Of a DNA stretch of 32,000 nt, positions 1-8,186 are shown in pieces. This DNA is from Longivirga aurantiaca. GTDB taxonomy: Bacteria; Actinomycetota; Actinomycetes; S36-B12; CAIYMF01. The translations under genes were made by a program, and so were the position numbers. The notes beneath the pieces were generated by a model. It made no database searches. It was not told the DNA's origin and worked only from the letters and a program-made list of their open reading frames with translations. Location: positions 180,001 through 212,000 of the forward strand of contig NZ_JBHSTI010000008.1 in the NCBI RefSeq assembly GCF_042660085.1. The letters are read 5' to 3'. Numbering within the stretch: the stretch's first letter is position 1; every line of letters starts with the position of its first letter.

Positions 1-141
1 CGGGGTCAGCGGTGAGGGGGGCCTTCATCCAGAACCCCGGCCTCGATCTGCGAATCCGTCGTCTCCCGGCCCGCCGACGGCCCCGGAAGCGACGGCTTCA
101 CAGATCGACAGCGGGGCGGGGCAGCCCGCGCGGAGCGGCGA

Positions 142-633
142 CTAGCGGTAGTTCACGAACTGGACGGCGAAGTCGAGGTCGGCGTCGCGCACGAGCGACT
201 GCACGGCCTGGAGGTCGTCGCGGCTCTTGGAGGTCACGCGGAGCTCCTCGCCCATGACCTGCGCCTTGACCGTCTTGGGGCCCTCGTCGCGGATGAGCTT
301 GCCGAGCTTCTTGGCCTGCTCCTGGTTGATGCCGGCCTGGAAGGTCATCGAGATCTTGTACTCCTTGCCCGAGGAGCGGGGGTCATCGGCCTTGAGCGAC
401 TTCAGCGAGAGCTGGCGCTTGACGAGCTTGTCGCGGAAGACCTCGAGGGCGGCTGCGGCGCGCTCCTCGGTGGAGGAGGTGATCTCGACCGCGAGCTCGC
501 CCTTCCACTCGATCGTGGTGCTCGTGTTCTTGAAGTCGAACCGCTGCGAGAGCTCCTTCGCCGCCTGGTTGAGCGCGTTGTCGACCTCCTGGCGGTCGAC
601 CTTGCTGACGATGTCGAAGCTGCTGTCGGCCAT
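142..633 (-). CDS. yajQ: YajQ-family (UPF0234) nucleotide-binding protein, 163 aa
   Basis: Complete ORF with ATG start. Translation [35 protein letters not shown]...FVNYR is recognisably YajQ-like. GAAGGGA RBS lies upstream on the minus strand. Confidence 0.85.
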   Translation of the reverse strand: MADSSFDIVSKVDRQEVDNALNQAAKELSQRFDFKNTSTTIEWKGELAVEITSSTEERAAAALEVFRDKLVKRQLSLKSLKADDPRSSGKEYKISMTFQAGINQEQAKKLGKLIRDEGPKTVKAQVMGEELRVTSKSRDDLQAVQSLVRDADLDFAVQFVNYR

Positions 634-740
634 GGCCGGTTCGTCCCTTCGGTGCGGTGGTCAGGTGGGCGGCACCCCGGGGATTTCCCCCGTGCCGCGC
701 CTCCTATGTATCCTCCCCTCTGCCGTCCTCGGACGGCAAA

Positions 741-822
741 GGCGGGTTGCCCGAGCGGCCAATGGGAGCGGACTGTAAATCCGTCGGCTTTGCCTTCGAT
801 GGTTCGAATCCATCACCCGCCA
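741..822 (+). tRNA. tRNA-Tyr (anticodon GTA), long variable arm
   Basis: Hand-folded cloverleaf. Acceptor GGCGGGT/ACCCGCC, anticodon loop CTGTAAA, T-arm GGTTCGAATCC, discriminator A. CCA is not encoded. Confidence 0.9.
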
Positions 823-829
823 CACGGCA

Positions 830-860
830 GGAGGCCCGACCCCTCAGGGGTCGGGCCTCC
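830..860. terminator. Bidirectional hairpin between tRNA-Tyr and the convergent SDR gene
   Basis: Perfect inverted repeat GGAGGCCCGACCC-TCA-GGGTCGGGCCTCC with a 13-14 bp stem, sitting between two convergent genes. Confidence 0.6.
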
Positions 861-887
861 TCTCGTTCGTACGGCCGTCCGGGGGCC

Positions 888-1847
888 TCAGGCCGTGATG
901 CCCGCCACCACGTCGTCGAACCGGACCCCGACGAGGGCCTCGGACTCCTCCCACAGCGCGGCGGCCATGCGGGTGTCGCGCGCGGCGGCCGTGGTGCCCA
1001 CGAGCCGCGGGTGGCCGTGCTGCTCGAAGAAGCCGTCCGGTCCGGCGTACGACGCCGGCGGGAGCCCGGGCTCGGTGGCCACGTAGAGAGTCGGCAGCGC
1101 CCCCATCTCGGCCGGCTGGGCGAGGAGCCGGTTGCCGAGCTCGGTGAACCGGGCGCCCAGGCTGCTGCCCTTCATGGCCGGCGCGACCGACTGGAGGTTC
1201 GTGGCGGCGTAGCCGGGGTGGGCGGCGTACGCCCCGACGGGCAGGCCGGCCGCGTCGAGGCGGTGCTGGAGCTCGAAGGTGAGCAGCAGGTTGGCGAGCT
1301 TGCTCTGCCCGTACGCCACCCAGGGCTGGTACTTCTGCCGCCCCATGAGGTCGTCGAGGCGGATCCGGCCCATCTTGTGCGCGTTGCTGGACACGGTGAC
1401 CACCCGGGACGCCGCCCCCACGGACCCGGCGCGGGCGAGCGCCGGGAGCAGGCCGAGGGTGAGGGCCATGTGCCCGAGGTGGTTCGTGCCGAGCTGCATC
1501 TCGAACCCGTCCGCGGTCTCGCGACGCGGGATGGCCATGACGCCGGCGTTGTTGACGAGCAGGTGCAGGGGGTCGGCCCCCACCGTCTCGGCGCAGGCGC
1601 GCACCGAGGCGAGGTCGGCCAGGTCGAGGGGCACGACCGCGACGCTCCCGGCGGAGGTTCCCACGGCCGCCGCGATCCGGGCGCGGGCGTCCTCGCCGCG
1701 GCCGGCGTCGCGGACGCCGAGGAGCACGTCGGCGCCGTGGCGCGCGAGCTCGAGAGCGGTGACGTAGCCGATGCCGGAGTTCGCCCCGGTGACGAGGGCG
1801 CGGCGACCGGAGAGGTCGGGGATGTCTGCGGCGGTCCAGGGGCTCAT
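888..1847 (-). CDS. Classical short-chain dehydrogenase/reductase (retinol-dehydrogenase-like), 319 aa
   Basis: Carries TGANSGIG cofactor motif, NNAG, and the catalytic S...YGQSK. High GC3 in this frame. Confidence 0.85.
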   Translation of the reverse strand: MSPWTAADIPDLSGRRALVTGANSGIGYVTALELARHGADVLLGVRDAGRGEDARARIAAAVGTSAGSVAVVPLDLADLASVRACAETVGADPLHLLVNNAGVMAIPRRETADGFEMQLGTNHLGHMALTLGLLPALARAGSVGAASRVVTVSSNAHKMGRIRLDDLMGRQKYQPWVAYGQSKLANLLLTFELQHRLDAAGLPVGAYAAHPGYAATNLQSVAPAMKGSSLGARFTELGNRLLAQPAEMGALPTLYVATEPGLPPASYAGPDGFFEQHGHPRLVGTTAAARDTRMAAALWEESEALVGVRFDDVVAGITA

Positions 1848-1910
1848 GCCCCCATCCTCACCCGACGGAGACCGGTGCGCGTCCCGGGCGGAGGCGGGCT
1901 GCTGCCCGTT

Positions 1911-1940
1911 TTGGAGGAACCCAGGGCCACCGGGTACGCT
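1911..1940 (+). promoter_or_regulatory. Candidate promoter for tRNA-Thr/tRNA-Met/rpmG
   Basis: TTGGAG-N18-TACGCT. The -10 ends 13 nt before the tRNA-Thr 5' end. Motif match only. Confidence 0.35.
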
Positions 1941-1953
1941 GCTCAGGCTCTAC

Positions 1954-2026
1954 GCCCCCATAGCTCAGTCGGCAGAGCGTCTCCATGGTAAGGAGAAGGT
2001 CTACGGTTCGATTCCGTATGGGGGCT
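1954..2026 (+). tRNA. tRNA-Thr (anticodon GGT)
   Basis: Acceptor GCCCCCA/TGGGGGC, anticodon stem TCTCC/GGAGA with loop ATGGTAA, T-loop TTCGATT. Confidence 0.9.
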
Positions 2027-2070
2027 CGGAAACAGCGGACCCGTCCCACCCGGGGGCGGGGCCGAACCTC

Positions 2071-2147
2071 GGCGGAGTAGCTCAGCCTGGCAGAGCAAGC
2101 GGCTCATAATCGCTGTGTCGCCGGTTCAAGTCCGGCCTCCGCTACCA
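2071..2147 (+). tRNA. Elongator tRNA-Met (anticodon CAT), CCA encoded
   Basis: Acceptor GGCGGAG/CTCCGCT, anticodon loop CTCATAA, T-loop TTCAAGT. The anticodon stem AGCGG/TCGCT lacks the initiator GGG/CCC signature. Confidence 0.85.
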
Positions 2148-2183
2148 CCGTACGTACGAACGACAGACCCGAAAGGCACTCCC

Positions 2184-2348
2184 GTGGCCAAGAGCGACGT
2201 CCGCCCGAAGATCACCCTGGCCTGCCAGGAGTGCAAGGACCGCAACTACATCACCAAGAAGAACCGGCGCAACGACCCGGATCGCCTGGAGATGAACAAG
2301 CACTGCCCCAAGTGCAACAAGCACACGGTGCACAAGGAGACCCGCTAG
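2184..2348 (+). CDS. rpmG: 50S ribosomal protein L33, 54 aa
   Basis: GTG start after GAAAGG RBS. Translation [54 protein letters not shown] contains a CxxC...CxxC zinc ribbon. The tracked ORF start at 2115 would overlap tRNA-Met. Confidence 0.9.
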   Translation: MAKSDVRPKITLACQECKDRNYITKKNRRNDPDRLEMNKHCPKCNKHTVHKETR

Positions 2349-2376
2349 CCGGGTGGGCCTCGCGCCCCACACACGT

Positions 2377-2420
2377 CGTCAGGACGGCCGCACCCTCCGG
2401 GGGCGGCCGTCCTGACGTTT
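2377..2420 (+). terminator. rpmG terminator hairpin
   Basis: 15-bp perfect stem CGTCAGGACGGCCGC/GCGGCCGTCCTGACG with an 11-nt loop, followed by TTT. Confidence 0.6.
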
Positions 2421-2527
2421 CCGGGCAACTCGTCCAAGGTCGGCCAGGCCCGGTGCACCTCGGGGGGCCGTGGGCTAGCGTCGCGGGCGGGACGCCGGAC
2501 GGCCGGCGACGGACGAAGGGGTGCATC

Positions 2528-3337
2528 GTGGGACGACTCGACGACCGCGTCGCGATCGTGACCGGCGCAGGACGCGGCATCGGCCGGGCCACAGCGCTGC
2601 GGCTGGCGGCCGACGGCGCCTCGGTCGTGGTCAACGACATCGACGCGGAGCCCGCCGCGGAGACGGTCTCGCTCATCGAGGCGGCCGGCGGCTCCGCCCT
2701 GCTGCACGTGGCCGACACCGTCGAGCTCGAGCAGGCCCACGGTCTGACGAAGGCAGCGGTCGACGGCTTCGGCAAGCTCGACATCGTCGTCAACAACGCC
2801 GGCATCACCCGAGACAAGATGTTCCACGGCATGACCGACGAGATCTTCGACTTCGTCCTCGACGTCAACCTGCGTACGGCGTTCCACACGACCCTCGCGG
2901 CGATGCCCTACCTGCGCGAGGTCGCCAAGGCCGAGATCGCGGCCGACGGCAAGGTGGCCTACAACCGCAAGATCGTGTTCACCTCCTCGGTCGCCGCGCT
3001 CATGGGCAACCCGGGCCAGTACAACTACACGGCGGCCAAGGGCGCGCTCATCGCCACCACCAAGACCCTCGCGCGGGAGCTCGGCCCGTTCGGCATCAAC
3101 GTCAACGCGGTGGCCCCCGGCTTCATCGAGACGCGCCTGACCCAGGCCAAGACCGACTCCAGCGACCTCGGCATCCCGCAGCAGATGCGCGACATGTCGC
3201 TGATGCTCATCGCGATGGGCCGCCTCGGCGTCCCCGAGGACATCGCCAACGTGCACGCATTCCTCGTGTCCAGCGACGCCGACTTCGTTTCCGGTGTCAC
3301 CATCCCCGTGACCGGCGGACAGCTCGGAGGCATGTGA
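2528..3337 (+). CDS. FabG-like SDR (3-oxoacyl / 3R-hydroxyacyl thioester reductase-dehydrogenase type), 269 aa
   Basis: GTG start after GAAGGGG RBS. Carries TGAGRGIG, NNAGI and SS...GNPGQYNYTAAK motifs. Confidence 0.8.
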   Translation: MGRLDDRVAIVTGAGRGIGRATALRLAADGASVVVNDIDAEPAAETVSLIEAAGGSALLHVADTVELEQAHGLTKAAVDGFGKLDIVVNNAGITRDKMFHGMTDEIFDFVLDVNLRTAFHTTLAAMPYLREVAKAEIAADGKVAYNRKIVFTSSVAALMGNPGQYNYTAAKGALIATTKTLARELGPFGINVNAVAPGFIETRLTQAKTDSSDLGIPQQMRDMSLMLIAMGRLGVPEDIANVHAFLVSSDADFVSGVTIPVTGGQLGGM

Positions 3338-3795
3338 CCGTGGCGCTCAACCAGGACTACCTCGGCAAGGTCTACCCGCCGAGCCCGCCGTACCAGGTGG
3401 GCCGAGAGAAGCTGCGCGAGTTCGCGATCGCCATCGGCGACATGAACCCGGCGTACCACGATGTCGCGCACGCCCAGGCCCTCGGGCACCCGGACGTCGT
3501 CGCCCCGCCGACCTTCGCCTTCACCCTCGCCATGCGGGCGATGGCCGCCGCGGTCTTCGACCCGGGCCTCGGGCTCGACTACAGCCGGGTGGTGCACGGC
3601 GAGCAGCGCTTCGCCTACACGCGGCCGTTGCGCGCGGGGGACGAGGTCACCGCGACCACCACGATCGAGAACATCCGCGTCGCCGCGGGCAACGACATCC
3701 TCACGACGCGCTCGGACATCGCGACCGTCGACGGCGACCCGATCTGCTCCGCGTGGACCGTCACGGTCGCCCGCGGCACAGGAGGGGAGTCCTGA
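3334..3795 (+). CDS. MaoC-like hot-dog protein, non-catalytic HadA-like subunit, 153 aa
   Basis: GTG overlaps the upstream stop (ATGTGA). The hydratase-2 motif is degenerate (IGDMNPAYH). GTG at 3340 is an alternative start. Confidence 0.75.
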   Translation: MTVALNQDYLGKVYPPSPPYQVGREKLREFAIAIGDMNPAYHDVAHAQALGHPDVVAPPTFAFTLAMRAMAAAVFDPGLGLDYSRVVHGEQRFAYTRPLRAGDEVTATTTIENIRVAAGNDILTTRSDIATVDGDPICSAWTVTVARGTGGES

Positions 3796-4223
3796 TGGCC
3801 ACCACCGTCGCGTGGTCCGACGTCGAGGTGGGCGACGCCCTGCCGTCGATCACCGCCCGGCTCCAGCGGGTCAACCTCGTCATGTACGCCGGCGCCTCGG
3901 GCGACTTCAACCCGATCCACTGGAACGAGACGTTCGCCAAGGCCGTGGGCCTGCCCGACGTCATCGCCCACGGGATGCTCACCATGGCCACCGCCGGCCG
4001 CGTCGTCACCGACTGGGTCGGCGACCCGGGGGCGGTCCTCGAGTACGGCGTGCGCTTCACCCGGCCGGTCGTCGTCCCCAACGACGACCAGGGAGCCACG
4101 GTCGAGATCAGCGGCGTCGTGGGCGAGAAGCGCGACGACGGCACCGTGCGGGTCGACCTCACCGCCGTGTACGACGGCGCGACGGTGCTGGGCAAGGCCC
4201 AGGCCGTCGTCCGTCTCGCCTGA
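3795..4223 (+). CDS. MaoC-like (R)-specific enoyl hydratase/dehydratase, catalytic HadB-like subunit, 142 aa
   Basis: ATG overlaps the upstream stop (TGATG) and follows GGAGGGGAG RBS. The hydratase-2 motif YAGASGDFNPIHWNETFA is intact. Confidence 0.8.
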   Translation: MATTVAWSDVEVGDALPSITARLQRVNLVMYAGASGDFNPIHWNETFAKAVGLPDVIAHGMLTMATAGRVVTDWVGDPGAVLEYGVRFTRPVVVPNDDQGATVEISGVVGEKRDDGTVRVDLTAVYDGATVLGKAQAVVRLA

Positions 4224-4254
4224 GCCCGGCGCGAACCCGCCTAGGCTCGACGCC

Positions 4255-5283
4255 GTGACCACGCTCGCCGACCTCACCACGCTCCGGCTGGGCGGTCCCG
4301 CCGCCCGCCTCGTCGTGGCCGAGGACGAGCGCACGCTCGTCGACGCCGTCCGCGAGGCCGACGCCTCGGGCCTGCCCGCCCTGGTCGTGGCCGGCGGCAG
4401 CAACCTCGTCGTGGCCGACTCCGGCTACCCCGGCACGGTGGTGCTCGTCCGTACGACGGGCGTGGCGGTCGAGTCCGACCTCTGCGGCGGCGCCTACGTC
4501 ACGGTCGCCGCGGGCGAGGAGTGGGACTCCTTCGTGCAGCGCGCCGTGGCCGAGGAGTGGGCCGGGATCGAATGCCTGTCGGGCATCCCCGGGTCGGTCG
4601 GCGCGACGCCGGTGCAGAACGTCGGCGCCTACGGCCAGGAAGTGGGCTCCTCGCTCGCCCGGGTGCGCACCTTCGACCGCATCGCTGGGGTGCAGCGCAC
4701 CTTCATGCACGCGGACCTCGGGCTCGGCTACCGCACGAGCCTGCTCAAGCAGGAGCCCGGCCACCACCTCGTGCTCGACGTGACCTTCCAGCTGGGGCAC
4801 TCGGGCACGGGCACCCCGATCGCCTACGCCGAGCTCGCGCGAAGCCTCGGCGTCGAGGTCGGTGCGCGCGCGCCGCTGGCGGACGTGCGCGCCGCCGTCC
4901 TGGACCTGCGCCGCAGCAAGGGCATGGTGCTCGACGCCGCCGACCACGACACGTGGAGCGCGGGCTCGTTCTTCACCAACCCGCTGCTCGCGGCCGACGA
5001 CGCGGCACGGCTCCCGGCAGACGCCCCGCGGTGGCCCGCCGACGGCGACCGGGTCAAGACGAGCGCCGCCTGGCTGATCGAGCACGCGGGTTTCGCCAAG
5101 GGGTACGGCGACGGCCCGGCCACGCTGTCGACCAAGCACACCCTCGCCCTCACCAACCGCGGCGCTGCCCGTACCGACGATGTGCTGGCGCTCGCCCGGG
5201 TGGTGCGGGACGGCGTACGCGACCGGTTCGGAGTCACTCTCGAGCCCGAGCCGGTGCTGGTCGGCTGCTCCCTGGACGGCTGA
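4255..5283 (+). CDS. murB: UDP-N-acetylenolpyruvoylglucosamine reductase, 342 aa
   Basis: GTG start. Shows an FAD-binding domain pattern (GGGSNLV-like AGGSNLVV, IPGSVGATPVQNVGAYG) and the C-terminal KTSAAWLIE motif. Confidence 0.9.
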   Translation: MTTLADLTTLRLGGPAARLVVAEDERTLVDAVREADASGLPALVVAGGSNLVVADSGYPGTVVLVRTTGVAVESDLCGGAYVTVAAGEEWDSFVQRAVAEEWAGIECLSGIPGSVGATPVQNVGAYGQEVGSSLARVRTFDRIAGVQRTFMHADLGLGYRTSLLKQEPGHHLVLDVTFQLGHSGTGTPIAYAELARSLGVEVGARAPLADVRAAVLDLRRSKGMVLDAADHDTWSAGSFFTNPLLAADDAARLPADAPRWPADGDRVKTSAAWLIEHAGFAKGYGDGPATLSTKHTLALTNRGAARTDDVLALARVVRDGVRDRFGVTLEPEPVLVGCSLDG

Positions 5284-5392
5284 CGGGCAACGATCCCGCC
5301 GCAACTCCGGTTCGGGCTGACTCCGGGTGGTGGGGGCGGCTAGGTTTCGTGGGTACGGCGCCCGTGGGGGCGCCCCAGAGGGGAGACGCGTC

Positions 5393-5833
5393 ATGGTTGA
5401 CGCAGCACTGAAGCCGGTCGGCTCGGTCGACGTCGCGGTCATCGCGTTCGACGAGCCGAAGTTCAACGGAGCAGTTGCCGAGGCGATCGCCGACCTCGTG
5501 CGCGCGGGCACCGTCCGCCTGCTGGACGCGATCATGGTCCACAAGGCCGAGGACGGCACCGTCACGCTCGCCGAGATCACCGACATCGACGGCGACGGCC
5601 TCCCTGACCTCGTCGCCCTGCAGGGCGACATCCCGGGGCTCATCGGGGAGGACGACGCCACCTCGGTGATCGCCGAGATGCCGAACGACAGCGCGATCCT
5701 GATGCTCGCTTGGGAGAACACCTGGGCCATCCGCACGGCCGCGGCGATCCGCGCCAACGGAGGCACCCTGGTGGCCATGGAGCGCATCGCCGCCGCCGAC
5801 GTGGAGGCCGTGCTCGCGGCCGACGAGAGCTGA
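5393..5833 (+). CDS. Hypothetical protein, DUF6325/DUF1269-N-terminal-like, 146 aa
   Basis: ATG after AGAGGGGAG RBS, with high GC3. Translation VDVAVIAFDEPKFNGAVAEAIADLVRAGTVRLLDAIMVHKAEDGTVTL resembles the soluble domain of DUF1269/DUF6325 proteins. That family assignment is from memory. Confidence 0.7.
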   Translation: MVDAALKPVGSVDVAVIAFDEPKFNGAVAEAIADLVRAGTVRLLDAIMVHKAEDGTVTLAEITDIDGDGLPDLVALQGDIPGLIGEDDATSVIAEMPNDSAILMLAWENTWAIRTAAAIRANGGTLVAMERIAAADVEAVLAADES

Positions 5834-5846
5834 GAGAGGAACTGAC

Positions 5847-6242
5847 ATGCGACGCATGGGACGCCCCGGACTCGTAGGCATGGCCGCACGGACCGCGGTC
5901 GTGGCCGGTACCGCCACGGCGGTGAGCGGCCGCGTGCAGCGGCGCCAGATGGGCAAGGCGCAGGAGCAGCAGGCATCTGCTGCGGACGAGGCCGAGCTCG
6001 AGCAGTACCGCGCTCAGGAGGCAGCCGCCGCGCAGCAGGCGCAGGTCGACGCGCAGGTCCAGGCTGCGCTCGCTGCCCAAGCGGCCCAGCAGGCGGCGGT
6101 AGCGGCCGCCCCGGCGGCGCCGGCGGCGCCGGCGGGCGGGGTCGACGTCGTGGCGGAGCTCACCAAGCTCGCCTCGCTCAAGGACGCGGGCATCCTCTCG
6201 GACGAGGAGTTCGCGGCCGCCAAGGCCAAGCTCCTCGGCTGA
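5847..6242 (+). CDS. SHOCT-domain protein, 131 aa
   Basis: ATG after GAGAGAGGA RBS. N-terminal segment RTAVVAGTATAVSGRV, a Gln/Ala-rich middle, and a C-terminal SHOCT-like VAELTKLASLKDAGILSDEEFAAAKAKLLG. Confidence 0.75.
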   Translation: MRRMGRPGLVGMAARTAVVAGTATAVSGRVQRRQMGKAQEQQASAADEAELEQYRAQEAAAAQQAQVDAQVQAALAAQAAQQAAVAAAPAAPAAPAGGVDVVAELTKLASLKDAGILSDEEFAAAKAKLLG

Positions 6243-6248
6243 GCGACC

Positions 6249-6291
6249 ACGACGAAGGCCCCCGACCTGCACGGTCGGGGGCCTTCGTCGT
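6249..6291. terminator. Bidirectional hairpin between the SHOCT gene and convergent aspC
   Basis: Stem of about 19 bp, ACGACGAAGGCCCCCGACC / GGTCGGGGGCCTTCGTCGT, with loop TGCAC. Confidence 0.6.
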
Positions 6292-6302
6292 ACGCGGTGC
6301 CG

Positions 6303-7511
6303 CTACTGCGCCTGGCCGAGGAGGTTCGCGATACGGGTCGCGCCCTCGCGGAGGTCGTCGTCGCCGAGGGCGTACGACAGGCGCAGGTAGCCGGGGGTGC
6401 CGAACGCCTCGCCCGGCACGACGGCGACCTCGGCCTCGTCCAGGATGATCGCGGCGAGCTCGGCCGAGGAGTCGGCGAGCCGGCCGCGGATCGTCCGGCC
6501 GAGGACGCCCTTGACCGAGGGGTACACGTAGAACGCGCCCTCGGGCAGCGGGCAGGTGACGCCGTCGATCGCGTCGAGGATCTCTGCGATTGCCTGGCGG
6601 CGGCGGTCGAACGCCGTACGCATCTCGGCCACGGCGGTGAGGTCGCCGGACACCGCCGCGAGAGCAGCCACCTGGGACACGTTGGCGACGTTCGAGGTGG
6701 CGTGCGACTGCAGGTTGGTGGCCGCCTTCACGACGTCGGCGGGGCCGGCGATCCAGCCCACCCGCCATCCCGTCATGGCGTAGGTCTTGGCCACACCGTT
6801 CACGACCACGCAGCGCTCGGCGAGCTCGGGCACGAGCGTGGGCATCGAGGCGAACTCGGCGTCGCCGTAGACGAGGTGCTCGTAGATCTCGTCGGTGACG
6901 ACCCAGATCCCCTTGGCCAGCGCCCAGCGGCCGATGGCCTCGACCTCGGCGGGGGAGTAGACCGCGCCGGTGGGGTTGGACGGCGACACGAACACGAGCA
7001 GCTTGGTGCGCGGGGTGAGCGCCGCCTCGAGCTGGTCGATCGTGACGCGGTAGCCCGAGGTCTCGTCGGTCATGATGTCGACGGGCACGCCGCCCGCGAG
7101 CCGGATCGACTCGGGGTACGTGGTCCAGTACGGCGCCGGCAGCAGCGCCTCGTCGCCCGGGTCGAGCAGCGCGGCGAACGCGTTGTAGAGCGCCTGCTTG
7201 CCGCCGTTGGTCACGAGCACCTGGCTGGCGCTGATCTGGTAGCCGGAGTCGCGCAGCGTCTTGACCGCGATCGCCTCCTTGAGCTCGGGCAGGCCCCCGG
7301 CCGGCGTGTACCGGTGCCACTTGGGGTCGCGGCAGGCCTCGATGGCCGCAGCGACGATGTAGTCGGGGGTCGGGAAGTCCGGCTCACCCGCGCCGAAGCC
7401 GATGACCGGGCGCCCGGCGGCCTTGAGGGCCTTGGCCTTGGCGTCCACGGCGAGCGTGGCCGACTCCGCGATGGAGCCGATGCGGTGCGAGATCCGCTGC
7501 TGGGAGGTCAT
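6303..7511 (-). CDS. aspC: Class-I PLP aminotransferase (aspartate aminotransferase type Ib), 402 aa
   Basis: Translation [46 protein letters not shown]...; PLP-lysine context [16 protein letters not shown]. Start chosen at the ATG 9 nt after GGAAGG. The ORF-track start at 7655 adds 48 aa of low-quality sequence. Confidence 0.85.
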   Translation of the reverse strand: MTSQQRISHRIGSIAESATLAVDAKAKALKAAGRPVIGFGAGEPDFPTPDYIVAAAIEACRDPKWHRYTPAGGLPELKEAIAVKTLRDSGYQISASQVLVTNGGKQALYNAFAALLDPGDEALLPAPYWTTYPESIRLAGGVPVDIMTDETSGYRVTIDQLEAALTPRTKLLVFVSPSNPTGAVYSPAEVEAIGRWALAKGIWVVTDEIYEHLVYGDAEFASMPTLVPELAERCVVVNGVAKTYAMTGWRVGWIAGPADVVKAATNLQSHATSNVANVSQVAALAAVSGDLTAVAEMRTAFDRRRQAIAEILDAIDGVTCPLPEGAFYVYPSVKGVLGRTIRGRLADSSAELAAIILDEAEVAVVPGEAFGTPGYLRLSYALGDDDLREGATRIANLLGQAQ

Positions 7512-7602
7512 GGCCCCCATCCTTCCGCAAGGACCCGGGCGAGGCCGAGCGGGTACCCCGACGGGCGCCGGTGCGGGGCAGGCTGGCCCCGTCCGGGCGG
7601 GT

Positions 7603-7632
7603 TTGGGCGGGTGCCTGCCCGTCCCGTATGCT
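7603..7632 (+). promoter_or_regulatory. Candidate promoter for tRNA-Trp/secE/nusG
   Basis: TTGGGC-N18-TATGCT, about 80 nt upstream of tRNA-Trp. Motif match only. Confidence 0.3.
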
Positions 7633-7710
7633 CGGACCTCCTGGTGGACGTCCACCCCTGCGCAAGCATGCCTTCACCCCGTCGGCGCTCGTGCTCGGAA
7701 GTCGTCTTCG

Positions 7711-7783
7711 AGGGTCGTAGCTCAATTGGTAGAGCACCGGTCTCCAAAACCGGCGGTTGGGGGTTCAAGTCCCTCCGGCCCTG
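7711..7783 (+). tRNA. tRNA-Trp (anticodon CCA)
   Basis: Acceptor AGGGTCG/CGGCCCT, anticodon stem CCGGT/ACCGG with loop CTCCAAA, T-loop TTCAAGT. Sits in the conserved position upstream of secE. Confidence 0.9.
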
Positions 7784-7902
7784 CTCCACCCGGCCTCGCG
7801 GCCGGGCGCACCACCCCGCCTCCGGGCGGGCCGCACCACGGCACGGCCGACCCGGCCGGGCCGACCGTCGGGCCCACGGCCCACGACGCGAGCGAGGACC
7901 GC

Positions 7903-8145
7903 GTGAGCGACACCGTCGCCGAGCGCCCCCAGGGCGGTGGCGCAGACGAGCGTCCCGGCTTCGGCGCCAGGATCGCGCTGTTCTACCGCCAGGTGGTGGC
8001 AGAGCTCCGCAAGGTCATCTGGCCGACCAGGCGCGAGCTCATCACCTACACCTGGGTGGTGATCGTGTTCGTGGCGGTCATCGCCACGATCGTCGGGATC
8101 TTCGACTACGGCTTCGGCCGCCTGGTCCTCGCCGTCTTCGGCTGA
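7903..8145 (+). CDS. secE: Preprotein translocase subunit SecE, 80 aa
   Basis: This GTG is the first in-frame start after the tRNA, with GAGGA RBS. Translation [45 protein letters not shown] has a single C-terminal TM. Confidence 0.85.
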   Translation: MSDTVAERPQGGGADERPGFGARIALFYRQVVAELRKVIWPTRRELITYTWVVIVFVAVIATIVGIFDYGFGRLVLAVFG

Positions 8146-8186
8146 TCCCCGCCCAGCACCACCCCGCAACCAGCACGAGGAGCACC

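Noticed and set aside
1-141. Arg-rich 81-aa + ORF (12-257) and a possible minus-strand gene start (ATG at 28 reading leftward)
   Set aside because: The + ORF overlaps yajQ antisense and is low-complexity. The minus-strand candidate offers only 9 codons in the window with a weak RBS, too little to support a call.
722-737. 6-bp hairpin GCCGTC-CTCG-GACGGC 4 nt upstream of tRNA-Tyr
   Set aside because: It is short and could arise by chance in GC-rich DNA. I can test no functional inference from this sequence alone.
657-1991. 444-aa + strand ORF spanning tRNA-Tyr to tRNA-Thr
   Set aside because: It overlaps two tRNA genes and is antisense to a well-supported SDR gene. The translation is an Arg/Gly/Pro-rich artefact.
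2115-2183. Upstream extension of the rpmG ORF
   Set aside because: It would overlap tRNA-Met. L33 is about 55 aa, and the GTG at 2184 follows a GAAAGG RBS.
7512-7655. 48-codon N-terminal extension of aspC
   Set aside because: The sequence is Pro/Ala/Arg-rich. GGAAGG is correctly spaced for the ATG at 7511, and the protein aligns from MTSQQRISH.
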